IMG/VR virus record: IMGVR_UViG_3300025727_000603
Coordinates: 1-64,000 of that record
Source: a virus
Length of the DNA stretch: 64,000 bases
Direction: 5' to 3' (one strand)
A program made the translations under genes and the position numbers. Positions 9,704 to 21,900 of the stretch are shown in pieces. Numbering within the stretch: the first letter of the stretch is position 1; each line of letters starts with the position of its first letter. Below the pieces are notes generated by a model that did not search any database, was not told where the DNA came from, and saw nothing but the letters and a program-made list of their open reading frames with translations.

Positions 9704-12700
9704 ATGTCACTAAATCATAAAAGGTTTAATGTATCTTCTCAGATATCTTCTTTATTACCTGATCATATCCAATATGATAATAAAGAGATTAATGTATTTG
9801 TCGAAAAATTTATAGAATTTTTAGAAAGGGAGAATCAGTCTCTTTATTATCTGAATACTGTATCAAACCATAGAGATATTGATGCTACTGATTCTCATTT
9901 TATAGATAGACTTCAAAAAGAATTGGCCGTACCTATTCCACGAAAATACACTGCTAATCCTAGACTTCTATACAAACATTTAAATGATATCTATATATCC
10001 CGAGGTACTAAAGATTCTATTAAGAATTTTTTCCACATTCTTTTTAATGATAATGTAGAAGTTTATTACCCCTCTGACGACATACTTAATGTGTCTGATG
10101 GTAATTGGTCTTTAAATCGTAACCAGGAATATGATAATACTCAAGTTTTCCGACGTCTTAAAGCATCTAATGAAAATGAAAGATCAAAAACTTTAAATCT
10201 TTTTGGTAGTCTTCCGGATGCTATAACTGTATGGCATCAGTCTTCTTATATAACTTTAGTTACACCAACTAATGTAACTTTACCAGGTACTTTAATTGAA
10301 GGATCACTTAGAATACCGTCTCTTGAAGATATTGAAAATATTCAGGCTCTCGAAGATGAAACTGTAGATCAATTAGCCACTAGAACCCAAGAATATAAAG
10401 ATGCTAGAGAAAACCTATTAACCTATTTTGTTAAAACTTATATTAGACCCGGTGCTAAAGATGTTAATTATGGTCAGATTGGTATTGTCTTAAATTCTAA
10501 TTTTAAAAGAGATGTAGTATCTAATGTTGGGTCATCAGAAGGAGTCTCTAGAATAGTTAAATTTTCCGATTCTTCTGTAGTCACTTATACAGAAGATAAT
10601 CTTATAGTTCTTCCCAAATCTACATTCTATAAATTAGATAGGTCTAACTATTCTGTACAGTCAAGAACAGTTTCTCGTACATCATCTGAAATACAACCTT
10701 TTATTAGCTTTAAAGATGATATACTAAGAACTACTGATTCTATTCATTGTATACCTAAGGGCAATCCTCTATCAAATTCCGGTTATTTAAATAATAAAAA
10801 GTTTATCCAAGATTCTTATTACTGGCAAAAGTTCTCTTATGTTCTTCGTACAGGTGTTGATTTTGAGACATGGGCATCTTCGTACAATAGGTTAATACAT
10901 CCTGCTGGATTTAAACATTTTGGTGAAGTTTTAATAGCTATATTTTTTACAGGTGAAGGTCCTTTTAATAATGTATTTCAATGGCTTTACGGACCTAAAG
11001 ATGTAAGATCCCTAGAACTTAAAGATTTTGCTAATTACTCCGAGGAAACCCGGTCAGACTTTGTTAGTACTGATTTTATACACCGTGATGGTCGCCCCCT
11101 TCTTGGACATCCACTCTATTCCTTTTTAGCTAAGAATCCTGGTTCAGGGCTTGAGTTTAAGTACCACTTAATAGATGGATTGCAAAGAGAATTCCCACTT
11201 ATAAGAATTAATGTACCTTCTGTAGATGTCTTTCATGATCCTGATTTATCTAATTTTACTTTACTGAACTTAAAGTTTAAAAAAATTACTACCTCATCAT
11301 CCAGATTGATCACTCAGTCTGAATATAGAGAGCTAGATCTACTTAATTTTATATTCCTATATGAGAAGAATTTAGGTAATGTAACTCACTCACATAAAAC
11401 TCTTATAAGAGATACAGAAACTAATCATAGAACATGGGTTGATGAGGCAATTGTTCCTGGATCCTTAAGAATACCTACAGAAAATGATCGAAATAATACT
11501 AATTCTGAAGTTACAAGTGATCAGTATGATCAAGGAGTTAATCAAGGAATTAAACTTGATATTCCTACATATAGAAAAAATGGTCTTTATGATGATAATT
11601 TAACAAAATTTGAAAAGATTATAAATGATGGTAAGTTACTTTTAACTGAAATACAACATTTAGAATTTGAAATTCAGCAGATATCTGAAATAATAGAATC
11701 CTTAAAATCATACACACCGACCAATTTACAATCAATAAAGGATGAGCTAGTACTAACAAAAGACAACTTATCTTCCTATTTTAATAATATTAAAAACCCA
11801 GCTGGGTATACAGATGCCCTTAGTAATATTACTTTGAAGATAGCCTTTCTTGATAAACTTATTGAGGTAGAGAACGGCGAAAATGATTTTCAGACTGATT
11901 TAGAGACTCAGTTAGATACTAATAATACAAATCTTGAAATATACATATCTGATTTTGAAATGAAAAATGTTGATTTTCAGTCTTTATGGCGTTTTAATCA
12001 TGTAGGATCAAATTCATTTGTTAAAGGTAAATTGTCTGAACATACCACTACAAAAATTACAAAAAGAAATATTCCATTTGAAGCATTTACGAAAAATTTC
12101 CTAAGTCTACTCAGACTGCTTGTATCGCTAAGGTTTACACTCGGTAAATATTCATCCGTGGAATCACATATGGTGAAATTAGAGCAATTACCGTCAGTAG
12201 TTAGTATAGATAACTTAACTATAATAATTGATGGAAATAGGAAAAAGAACCTAGGACCAACAAATGTATTGTATGCTTCAATTCTTAGCGACTTAAAAGA
12301 CAACAAACTAACAAACCAGTATACGAACATACCTGAATTGTATAACTGGTTTTTTGGGGAGGAAGTGTCTACCCGTTACAATAGCGACTATACTACTAGC
12401 CCAGTTTATAGATGGGAAGCATATATACCCAACTTAAAGGAACCAAACCTTGACCGAGTTAAAGTAAAGTATGAAAACGGTCACTGGGTTTACAGCGGTG
12501 ATCCATTGATTCCTACAACCGGAGTCTGGTCTAAATTAGACATTCCTACCATTCTGCAGGTGCTAAGCCGAATGATAATTGGTATAGCCCCTATACCTGT
12601 AGAGACAGAGGAATTCTCACCCACTTCAAAATTCAGTGGTCAATATGTACCCACTGACTCTGATGCACCACAAGCACTTTCAGAACTTATTTCCGAAGCA

Positions 12701-14095
12701 TATACCGACGAGAAATGGGAAAGTCTTAAAAGTCAATGGAATTTAGAGATTATTAATACTCTAACAAATACTCTAGATGATAATAATCAAGCAAACTACG
12801 AACTTCTTTACAGCGAATCAGGAGGGCTTAACCAACAGGAACTTGCTAGTAGGGGTATGCTTGGTAGATATGATGTAATTAATATCACCCCATCGGCTCG
12901 TTTAAGAACATACCATTCTTCACTCCTTGTTGATCTTAAACCACAGTCACATACACCCGATACTGTATTTGGTATGGGTGAATATTTTGAGAGACGTAAA
13001 TTTCAGTATAAATCGGGAATGTATGTATGGAAAGATATTGTAATTGAGTCTATAACATCTAAAAAGTTTGGTGCTAATATAGATTCTGAGGTGATACAAT
13101 CACCTAGACATGATAGTTTTCATACTAATACCTATACATTTACATCTTTATTCAATCCTGGTACTTACTTTCAACAAAACCCAATTGATAGTTTTGGATA
13201 TTCAATAATGGCTTACCGAACTGAAACTGGAGTGGCATTAACTTTTAGTTATAATGGTGGACCGGCAACGGAGCGGATGGGTAGCTCTGATGGAATGTTC
13301 CTAGCTGGAACATGGCCACCGTATAACAACCTTTCTCACTCAACTGCATTCAATGAAAGTTTAGAGCCTGCAGGTACCAATGCGGTTGAATATAAAAACT
13401 ATGTTTTTCAGTTTAGCTTACCAGATGAAGTTCATCATAACATTATTACACAACAAGCTGATGCATTTGGAGATGTATTATCTGTAGGACATCTTAATTG
13501 GAGTGCCGGAAATGGACCTGAAGCTGCAGATGGTAGAGCTCAAGAAGTTAAAGTATATTTTGATCTTATTTATGCGGACAGTAGTATTCCTACAGTAACT
13601 ACTGAATTAACAGAGGTCCCTATTGACTGGGCAGGAACCTTTGATGAGCGGCATATTACTGAACCTAATGTTTCGCTAGAGGATAGACAATGGGATTGGT
13701 ATTACAACCCTGACGATAACTGTATATATCTCGCTTATGAAACAGCATACTTACTCGAGAATCGGACTGTATTATCAACGGATTATGATGAAGGCATTGA
13801 GTATACAACTAATAGACATAATGTGGGCGCATACTATCATGGTCTGGTCGGTTCCGAATATCAACCAAATGTTGATATGCTAGGAACCACCAGAAACTTT
13901 GACGGATGGTTGTATGGTAAAAATAACGTCTACAAAGCAGCTGCTGATCATTTGGATACTACAGGCAATTCTTTTAATATTCGAATTACTTTAAATCCTA
14001 ATCTACATTATAATGCTGACGGGAACCTTGTTACTGAACTTATAGGTAGCGATATTGAATTAGGTGCTGATATGACATCATGGGATACCGTATGA
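9704..14095 (+). CDS. gp7: baseplate wedge initiator with long C-terminal extension
   Basis: Y.SRGT..S...FF.ILF...V.VYYP and IQDSYYWQKFSYVL...HPAGFK.FGEV; lies between gp6 and gp8. Confidence 0.75.
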   Translation: MSLNHKRFNVSSQISSLLPDHIQYDNKEINVFVEKFIEFLERENQSLYYLNTVSNHRDIDATDSHFIDRLQKELAVPIPRKYTANPRLLYKHLNDIYISRGTKDSIKNFFHILFNDNVEVYYPSDDILNVSDGNWSLNRNQEYDNTQVFRRLKASNENERSKTLNLFGSLPDAITVWHQSSYITLVTPTNVTLPGTLIEGSLRIPSLEDIENIQALEDETVDQLATRTQEYKDARENLLTYFVKTYIRPGAKDVNYGQIGIVLNSNFKRDVVSNVGSSEGVSRIVKFSDSSVVTYTEDNLIVLPKSTFYKLDRSNYSVQSRTVSRTSSEIQPFISFKDDILRTTDSIHCIPKGNPLSNSGYLNNKKFIQDSYYWQKFSYVLRTGVDFETWASSYNRLIHPAGFKHFGEVLIAIFFTGEGPFNNVFQWLYGPKDVRSLELKDFANYSEETRSDFVSTDFIHRDGRPLLGHPLYSFLAKNPGSGLEFKYHLIDGLQREFPLIRINVPSVDVFHDPDLSNFTLLNLKFKKITTSSSRLITQSEYRELDLLNFIFLYEKNLGNVTHSHKTLIRDTETNHRTWVDEAIVPGSLRIPTENDRNNTNSEVTSDQYDQGVNQGIKLDIPTYRKNGLYDDNLTKFEKIINDGKLLLTEIQHLEFEIQQISEIIESLKSYTPTNLQSIKDELVLTKDNLSSYFNNIKNPAGYTDALSNITLKIAFLDKLIEVENGENDFQTDLETQLDTNNTNLEIYISDFEMKNVDFQSLWRFNHVGSNSFVKGKLSEHTTTKITKRNIPFEAFTKNFLSLLRLLVSLRFTLGKYSSVESHMVKLEQLPSVVSIDNLTIIIDGNRKKNLGPTNVLYASILSDLKDNKLTNQYTNIPELYNWFFGEEVSTRYNSDYTTSPVYRWEAYIPNLKEPNLDRVKVKYENGHWVYSGDPLIPTTGVWSKLDIPTILQVLSRMIIGIAPIPVETEEFSPTSKFSGQYVPTDSDAPQALSELISEAYTDEKWESLKSQWNLEIINTLTNTLDDNNQANYELLYSESGGLNQQELASRGMLGRYDVINITPSARLRTYHSSLLVDLKPQSHTPDTVFGMGEYFERRKFQYKSGMYVWKDIVIESITSKKFGANIDSEVIQSPRHDSFHTNTYTFTSLFNPGTYFQQNPIDSFGYSIMAYRTETGVALTFSYNGGPATERMGSSDGMFLAGTWPPYNNLSHSTAFNESLEPAGTNAVEYKNYVFQFSLPDEVHHNIITQQADAFGDVLSVGHLNWSAGNGPEAADGRAQEVKVYFDLIYADSSIPTVTTELTEVPIDWAGTFDERHITEPNVSLEDRQWDWYYNPDDNCIYLAYETAYLLENRTVLSTDYDEGIEYTTNRHNVGAYYHGLVGSEYQPNVDMLGTTRNFDGWLYGKNNVYKAAADHLDTTGNSFNIRITLNPNLHYNADGNLVTELIGSDIELGADMTSWDTV

Positions 14096-14105
14096 TAATA
14101 AACTA

Positions 14106-14113
14106 TATAAATA
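14106..14113 (+). promoter_or_regulatory. T4-type late promoter
   Basis: Intergenic TATAAATA upstream of gp8. Confidence 0.7.
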
Positions 14114-14164
14114 TATTAAATACAACAACAAGTTAATTATAAATTTTTTAAAAGGTCAAAACAA

Positions 14165-15922
14165 ATGCCGGCAATTATAACAAGTCAATTTAGATTAGAT
14201 GTAGCGAAGAAAGTATTAAGAGATATTCGCACAAATAATTATTACCTAACCCTAGGTCGGTCTAATCCATGGCCTTTAAATGCGGAAAGTTCCGAACAAC
14301 CCGAACCTCCATATGATAATCATCAGTACTCTATTACAGATTTATACCAGAATGCTCATACTATGGTTAGTATATCGGAGTCTGTAGGAGGTACATCATC
14401 ATGTGGTGCAATATTAATGGCTCCTCTAGTTCAGTGGCAGTCAGGTATGATGTATAGAGCTTATGACCCCTATGATATAAATTTTGAAGCTCAAAGTCTT
14501 GGTAGTTACTATGTAGTAACCGAAACAAATCAAGTATATATTTGCTTAAAAGCTCCTATTAGTAACGTAAGTTCCAGCTATAATCCTGAATCTTCTATAG
14601 GAGGTGCTGTCGGTGCTTATAAACTAGAGGATGGTTACATTTGGCAGTATTTATACACTATATCTACTGATTTGTTTGAAAAATTTATGACTGCAGAATT
14701 CTTTCCTGTTCCTTATACGGCAGGGTATTACCATGAGGATTCATCAAGTGGTAATCTTACTACGGAGTTACAGTGGTCTGATGCCACGCAAATACCTGGC
14801 AGTAGCCCGGTCAATTTTTTCACTTATGCTAATGCAATATCTGATCGATTATTAGGGGAAGAAGATGCTAGAGTGGCGTACAATCAGAGTGATGATGCAT
14901 GGAATCAACTTGTAGTTGCTACAGCAGCACAAGCTTTTCCAAATGCGCTATTTAATATTAAAATCAATGGTCTAGGACTACCAGTTGATGCAACTGTTTG
15001 GAATGAAGCTCCTTCTGACTACCCACCGATTATAATTAAGGACCTTGCAGAAAGTTCCTCTACTGCTCAAAATATAATAAATCCTGAGAAGGATTTATTA
15101 ATAGACAAGGAGTTCATTACACATGTAACTAACTCGGAAGGCACTAATAAAATAACAGACATCCAAATACCATCATCTTTAGTGGCTGGTGGTACAAGCA
15201 TATTTAAACTAATCGACACCAATTTTAAAGAACCAGCAGTTTTCCTGAAAACCACTCATGCTGGCGAGTCTTCGGTGTATGAACAACAATTTGATGCTAT
15301 TGCTATTAAAGGACCAGTTGGTGGTTTTGGAGCGGACCCTCGTAATGAGTTAAGAGCTCATTATGTAGGAATATATAGAAGTCTTCAGGGTATTGATGCT
15401 TCTGATAAATTGCCAGATCAGGGTTCTTTTAGACAATTGGGTATTATAAAAGATGTTGCATTAAATACTAGTAATCATGCAGACACTTTGCGCATTTCTA
15501 AACAAATGATATTTGGTTCTAGCATCCCAGCCTCAATAGTTGCAGGTATGCAGATAAAACAAACAATAACCACTACATCAGGTGGTGCTATAGTTAATCA
15601 GGCAGTAGGTTATGTAGATGAAGTTATATCAGACGTAACTGCTGCTACATATTATATTTCTTATCATCAAACTGACGATTTAGGATTGCAACCATTCAGG
15701 CCCGAAAGTGCAACTGAGTCAGTGAGTTGGTATACCAGATCTGTTCTTCAAGAAGGTGGTTACGGGGAACAAACATTAGTATCAGCGGTACCCGTTTTAT
15801 CATCTATAGCTGATTCGGAGGTAATAACAGATTCTGGTGATGTTATTTTTCTAGAAAATAGACATAAAGTTACTCGTACTAATGAACAGACAGAAAGAAT
15901 TAAAATAGTAATAGAACTATAA
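14165..15922 (+). CDS. gp8: baseplate wedge subunit
   Basis: MPAIIT.QFR, YY.T.GR..PW, YYVVT....VY.CL, DGYIWQYLYTI, GGFGADP..EL, FRQLGII and SGDVIFLENR....R...QTE.IK.VIE. Confidence 0.88.
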   Translation: MPAIITSQFRLDVAKKVLRDIRTNNYYLTLGRSNPWPLNAESSEQPEPPYDNHQYSITDLYQNAHTMVSISESVGGTSSCGAILMAPLVQWQSGMMYRAYDPYDINFEAQSLGSYYVVTETNQVYICLKAPISNVSSSYNPESSIGGAVGAYKLEDGYIWQYLYTISTDLFEKFMTAEFFPVPYTAGYYHEDSSSGNLTTELQWSDATQIPGSSPVNFFTYANAISDRLLGEEDARVAYNQSDDAWNQLVVATAAQAFPNALFNIKINGLGLPVDATVWNEAPSDYPPIIIKDLAESSSTAQNIINPEKDLLIDKEFITHVTNSEGTNKITDIQIPSSLVAGGTSIFKLIDTNFKEPAVFLKTTHAGESSVYEQQFDAIAIKGPVGGFGADPRNELRAHYVGIYRSLQGIDASDKLPDQGSFRQLGIIKDVALNTSNHADTLRISKQMIFGSSIPASIVAGMQIKQTITTTSGGAIVNQAVGYVDEVISDVTAATYYISYHQTDDLGLQPFRPESATESVSWYTRSVLQEGGYGEQTLVSAVPVLSSIADSEVITDSGDVIFLENRHKVTRTNEQTERIKIVIEL

Positions 15923-15940
15923 AAAATTAAGGATTAAAGA

Positions 15941-18900
15941 ATGTCAATCAATTTTAATGTACCACCCTATTTCGATGATTTTGAATCAGTTTCTGAATTT
16001 GACGGATCCGACGGTTTATCCCCAAAAGATAAATATCATAAATTACTATTCAGACCATCATATGCAGTTCAGGCACGGGAATTAACACAGCTCCAATCTG
16101 TTCTTCAAAACCAAATCACTAATCTTGGACATCATTTATTTGTAGAAGGGTCCTTAGTAATACCCGGTGATGTATCATTCTCTAATGATATAGACTATAT
16201 TAAAGTTGAGATGGGGTCTATTCCGGACGTTAATGCAGATATAAATTATATAATGTCAAATCTGGATGACTCAGATTCTACTGGCCTTAAAGGAAAGTAC
16301 TTAGTCCGTGCTATCGACCTTGACTTGACCGGAAATATAACTCTCCCAGAACCTACATTATCAGCTAAAATTTTAAAAGTAGTACCTGCTATAGGTACTG
16401 CTCCGGCTGTACTATACATTCAATATTATGCAGCCTCTGCAGAGAAAACTGTAGATACTGGAGTTAATGTTAATGTTAATAAATTTAGGCCGTCTGATGA
16501 GCTTAAAGTTATTGATAAAATGCCTTCAGTTTATGGTAGTAATAGTAATAGTAACCCGTCTCCAACTAGTCTGACACTTCAATTTCATCAGGCTGTACTA
16601 AAGATTCCGTCTGAATTAAAACAATCTGCTATTGGTAAAGCGTCCCTAGCATTTGTTGAAAAAGGTGTTTATTTTATAAAAGGTAACTTTGTACAGGTTC
16701 AAAATTCAACACTTATAGTTGCTCCTTTCTCAACTTCGGCATCTGCAGATATTGGATTTAGAATTAAAGAATCTGTTATATCTTCTGCAGAAGATCCTAC
16801 ATTAAGTGATAATGCTACAGGATCACCTAACTTTGCGGCACCTGGGGCACACCGATATGAAATAAAAACAGAACTTATTGCTCTTGATATTAATACAGAT
16901 ATTGAAGGGACTGATGACGATTTCCTTTTGCTTTGTAGGGTAGATGAATCCGCTGTTAAATGGAAAGTTAAGAGAACTGATTATAATATTATAGAAGATG
17001 AATTTGCTCGAAGAACGTTTGACGAGTCGGGTAACTATACAGTAAGACCCTTTCATATTGATATAACAGAAGATAGAGACAATGTAGATTTATTTCAAGC
17101 CCAGCTAGAGCCATCAAAGGCATATGTACAGGGATACGAAATTGAAACATTATCCTCTATAAGTGTTCCTATTGAAAAGGCGAGAAGAGCTGAGGATACA
17201 GATGCAAAAGAGTCCGTTACAGTATCTATAGGTGTAGGTAATTATATACTTGTATCACCTAGAGATTTTTCTAGTCTTCTTTCTTCTGGTATAGTACCAC
17301 CTATAGATACTTTTGCTAGAGTCGACTTAAAGAACTTTGATAACTCAACTATAGGGTATACTAGAATTAGATCTGTAACTCGTGTTTCACCTGGATATAC
17401 TCATGACGACCAGGGTGTTATTATCCGTGATACATCTTTGGATATTTATAAAGTATATCTATTTGATGTATTTCTTAATGAATTTCAAAATTTTTCTTCT
17501 GTAGCTTCATTGTTATACTCATCGAATAATCACACATTTGATGTAAAATTGGTATCAACCCCTGCCGTTATAAAGGAAACTGATAAAAATTCACTTGTAT
17601 ATAAACTACCTTATGATCGTGTTAAAACATGCTCTATAGCTAAATTAAATACAACTGAAGAGGCAGATTATAATTACAGATTCAGAACTATTAAAATGTT
17701 TTCTCCTAAGCATGGAAATGGTAACTTTATTAATGCTACTGTTAATAATACGGAAACTGAATCTTTCGGTGCATTTAACCAATCTGATTGGATTCTTGAA
17801 AAGTTCATCCAGTCTGCAGGCACTACAATTATACCACTTACGTCAGCTATGGTAGGAGCAGCTGTTAGTGGGGATATGACATCAATTGCAATTGATTTAT
17901 CATCATGGTCTGGAGTTGTTGGAGGTGGAAAATATAGATTAACTGCACCTGTAGACTCCACAGCTATACATAGAACTAAGGAAGTACGTGATATTGAATC
18001 TGAAAGATGGGTTTATGACCAGTACGTTACTGCTGACAGTACTGCATATAATTCTGCACACCATTATGATGTTATTACACTAGCTAAAAACGACGTATTT
18101 AAAATTAATTTTGTTAAAGAATATATCGGTGACGGTGATTTAGGCGAAACCGGCACCGCAATTTATATACAAAACAATCCGGAACAATTTAAAGATATCA
18201 CAGAGCATTATATACTAGATACTGGGATGACTGATAATTATTATGACAATTCTAAACTTCGTTTAAGGTCTGATTCAGATTATATACCTTCAAATGATAT
18301 ATTCTGTTCTTATAAATATTTTCATCACTACCCTGGTGATTTCTTTTCTATAGATTCGTACCCTCCAGAAATGTATGATGATATTCCTGTATTTAATTCG
18401 GATAATCAGGGTAAATTAATAGAATTAAGATCCTCTATAGATTTTAGACAATCTAAAGATATTGAAAGTAACGTAGGTACATGTCCTCACCCTAATTCTA
18501 AATTCCAAACTGATCTTGAGTATTATCTCCCAAGAAAGGATATTATAGTAGTTGATGCTAAAGGTGATTTTAGATGTATTAAAGGTGTTTCTTCCCTAAC
18601 ACCTACATTACCTGAGACTCCATCTAATTCAATGGTTCTATATAATTTACATCTTCAGGCATATACTTTTACTCCGTCCGAAATTCAATATGAAATGATT
18701 GACAACAAACGCTATACAATGCGGGACATTGGTAAAATACAAAAAAGAGTAGATAATTTAGAATATTATACTTCCCTATCTCTCCTAGAATCGGAAGCTT
18801 CGAATAAAATAGTAGTAGATTCTGAGGGATTTTTAAGATCTAAAGCAGGATTTGTTGTTGATTCATTTAAAAACCATTCAATAGGTAATACACTATCACC

Positions 18901-21900
18901 TGAATATAGATGTGCGATTGACCGTAAAAGACGTACAATAAGACCTATCTTTCATGAGAATTCTATAGGGTTACAGTACGTCCCACCAACTTCTGAAATC
19001 AACCCTGCTGTATCAAGTCATGTTCAGAAAACAGGGGATCTTATTACACTTCCATGGTCTCCTGTAGAATTGTTCTCACAAGGGAAAGCCTCATCGACTA
19101 TTAACATAAACCCTTACGATGTATTTACATGGACAGGTTCTGTTAAACTTTCACCATCTCAAGATGACTGGAAAGATACAACTCATGTACCTGAATTAAT
19201 AGTTAATCAGACAGGTATATATGACGCCATGATGTCTATTATAGATGCGACAGATGCTCTTGGTACTGACTGGAATGAATGGGAGACAACTTTCTTTGGT
19301 TCCGAATCGACTTCATGGGTATCTGCATCAGGACGTAATTGGCAAACAACTACTACTGAAACAAACACTACTGAAGATCAAGCAAGAGATGGTATTTTAA
19401 CTGTTAATAACCCTTTTGTTAATTATACAGAGCTAGGTGAGCGAGTAATAGAAATAGGGTTTGCTCCGTTTATAAGGGGTAGAAGAGTATCATTCTCTGC
19501 AGAGAGGCTTAAACCCAATACTATAATATATCCTTTTATTGATAATGTTAACATATCGGAATATGCTATTCGAGATAATGTATTTGTGGATTATTCATCT
19601 TCAGATGATGAGATTTTTAATCAAATGGTTGAAAATTATGGCGCACATCCATTTGATACTGAGAGACTGTCGCCAATGTTTTATCCAGATAAGCAGGACT
19701 CAGTTACTGGAAAAGGTACACACCCATATAGATATGATGCGAACTCTTTAGAAACTATTGCATGGAAATTGTACGGATTAAATGACGCACCAACATATGA
19801 TAATATGTCAAATATGTATCCTAATACAGAATTAAAAACAGATGCTGCCGGTAGATTAACAGGGTCTTTTTGGTTTCCTAATGATGATGGTTTAAGGTTT
19901 AAAACCGGTACTCGTACTTTCAGATTATCGGATTCACCTATTTCTGTAAATAGAGATGAAGAAACTACTTTTGCACAAACACAATATCACGCAAAAGGAT
20001 TACTAGAAACAAAGGAAAATTTGACAATAGCTACTAAACTTCCTATGTTATCACAGACACAGGTATTTGATGAAAGAACAATATATAATACTTCTAGAAC
20101 AAACTCTACTAGATGGTGGGATCCTTTAGCTCAATCATTCCTAATAGATATTGATAAGCAACCACAAGGGGCTTTTATTACATCTATAGACTTATATTTT
20201 GCTAAAATATCAGAAACTATACCAGTAGTTCTTCAGATTAGAGAAGTTATAGTAGGTCTTCCATCTGCTATTATTGTCCCACACTCAACCGTAACATTAT
20301 ATCCGTCTGATATTAATGTAGATTCTAACCTAGGTCAGGCTGCTACTAAATTTGAATTTGAATCACCTGTCTATCTAGGGTCTGGTAAATCATACGCATT
20401 TGTTATTTTTGCTGATACTATCGATTATGAAGTCTGGATGGCGCGTACACAGGAAATAGATGTAGTTACTGATGCTGCTATTTCTAAAAATGTATTTGCG
20501 GGTGTATTATTTAAATCACAGAACGGTTCGACATGGTCTCCTGACCATAACGCAGATCTTAAATTCGCTATACATCGTGCAAAATATGATATTTCACGAC
20601 CAGGAAACCTAGTTTTAGTTAATAAAGAATTACCATTAAAAAGATTAAGAAATCATCCGTTCACAACTACTGAAACTAATGAGTTAAAAGTATATCATAA
20701 AAATCATGGTTTTGTTGAAAGTTCTTCTAGACAATCTTATGTTTCATTTTCTGGTATAGAGCGTAATCATCCTACTGAATCTCCGGAGACAGCTAATTTA
20801 TATGGTATTGATGCCAATAAAATTAATGCTATTTCTGAACACCCTTACTATGATGGATCAAACTTAGTCTCACCAACTGGTGCTGGAGTTTTCCCTGTAT
20901 TTGATGTAACACAAGACGCATATTCTGTTAGACTTGGAATTGATGAAAATAATAGTGATGGTCGAACTCAATTTGGGATTGGTGGAGGAAAAACAATTGA
21001 AGCTTCTGAAAATTATGCATTCTCCACGTGGTATCATCATGCGGCTATAGTAAACCTACCAACTACTAATATAACTTGGGGGGTTAAAACTACTAACCTC
21101 GGGACTATTGGAGCTAACAATACAACGGTATATAGAAAATCAACTAACTATAAGGCCTATGTTCCGAATACTAACATACATGAACCTTTTCCGCAAGTTA
21201 TAACCTCTAGAGAGAATCAATTACATAATGTTGATGTACACGATAACTTACCAAATAAATCGTTTGAGGTTATGGGACAACTAACATCTAATTCAGATTA
21301 TGTCTCACCTTCTGTTGATATAGAACGATGTTCTGTAGTATGTATCCAGAATAGAATAGGTAACTTCACCGGATATGGTGAATTAACCTCAGTTAATTTT
21401 AACCCTACTACACCAGAGTTAACAGGTCTAGGAAGGTTTAATGCAGGATTATATAAATTCGCTATTGACTCTAATAATGAAGCTAAAGGGGGTATACTTA
21501 ACCTATCTATTGAAGGAAAAGGCCCTATCTTATCTATAGACCATTTTATCTCAGCTTCTAATAAAACATTATTTGAGACAGATAAAGATTACTTAATGAT
21601 AATAGAAAACCCTTCTAGTTCTGATGCTACAAATGAAAATGTAGGAGTAATGAAGCTTAAGATTAACAAGTCAGATTCCGGAGCTGTAGTGTTTAATGAT
21701 ATTAAACTTAGCAGTGCTTCTACTCCTATTGCGGAATATGTTCCAGGTGTTTATGACTTTACAATTCTTGATAATAAGTCTAGATTTGGAGAGGCTACTC
21801 CTGATGCTAGTGGCCCAGGGCCTTACGGTTACGTTAATTTTAACTCTGGCTCTATGGATGTTGAATATGCAGCCAAAATAAGAGTAAGGGTAGATGCAGC

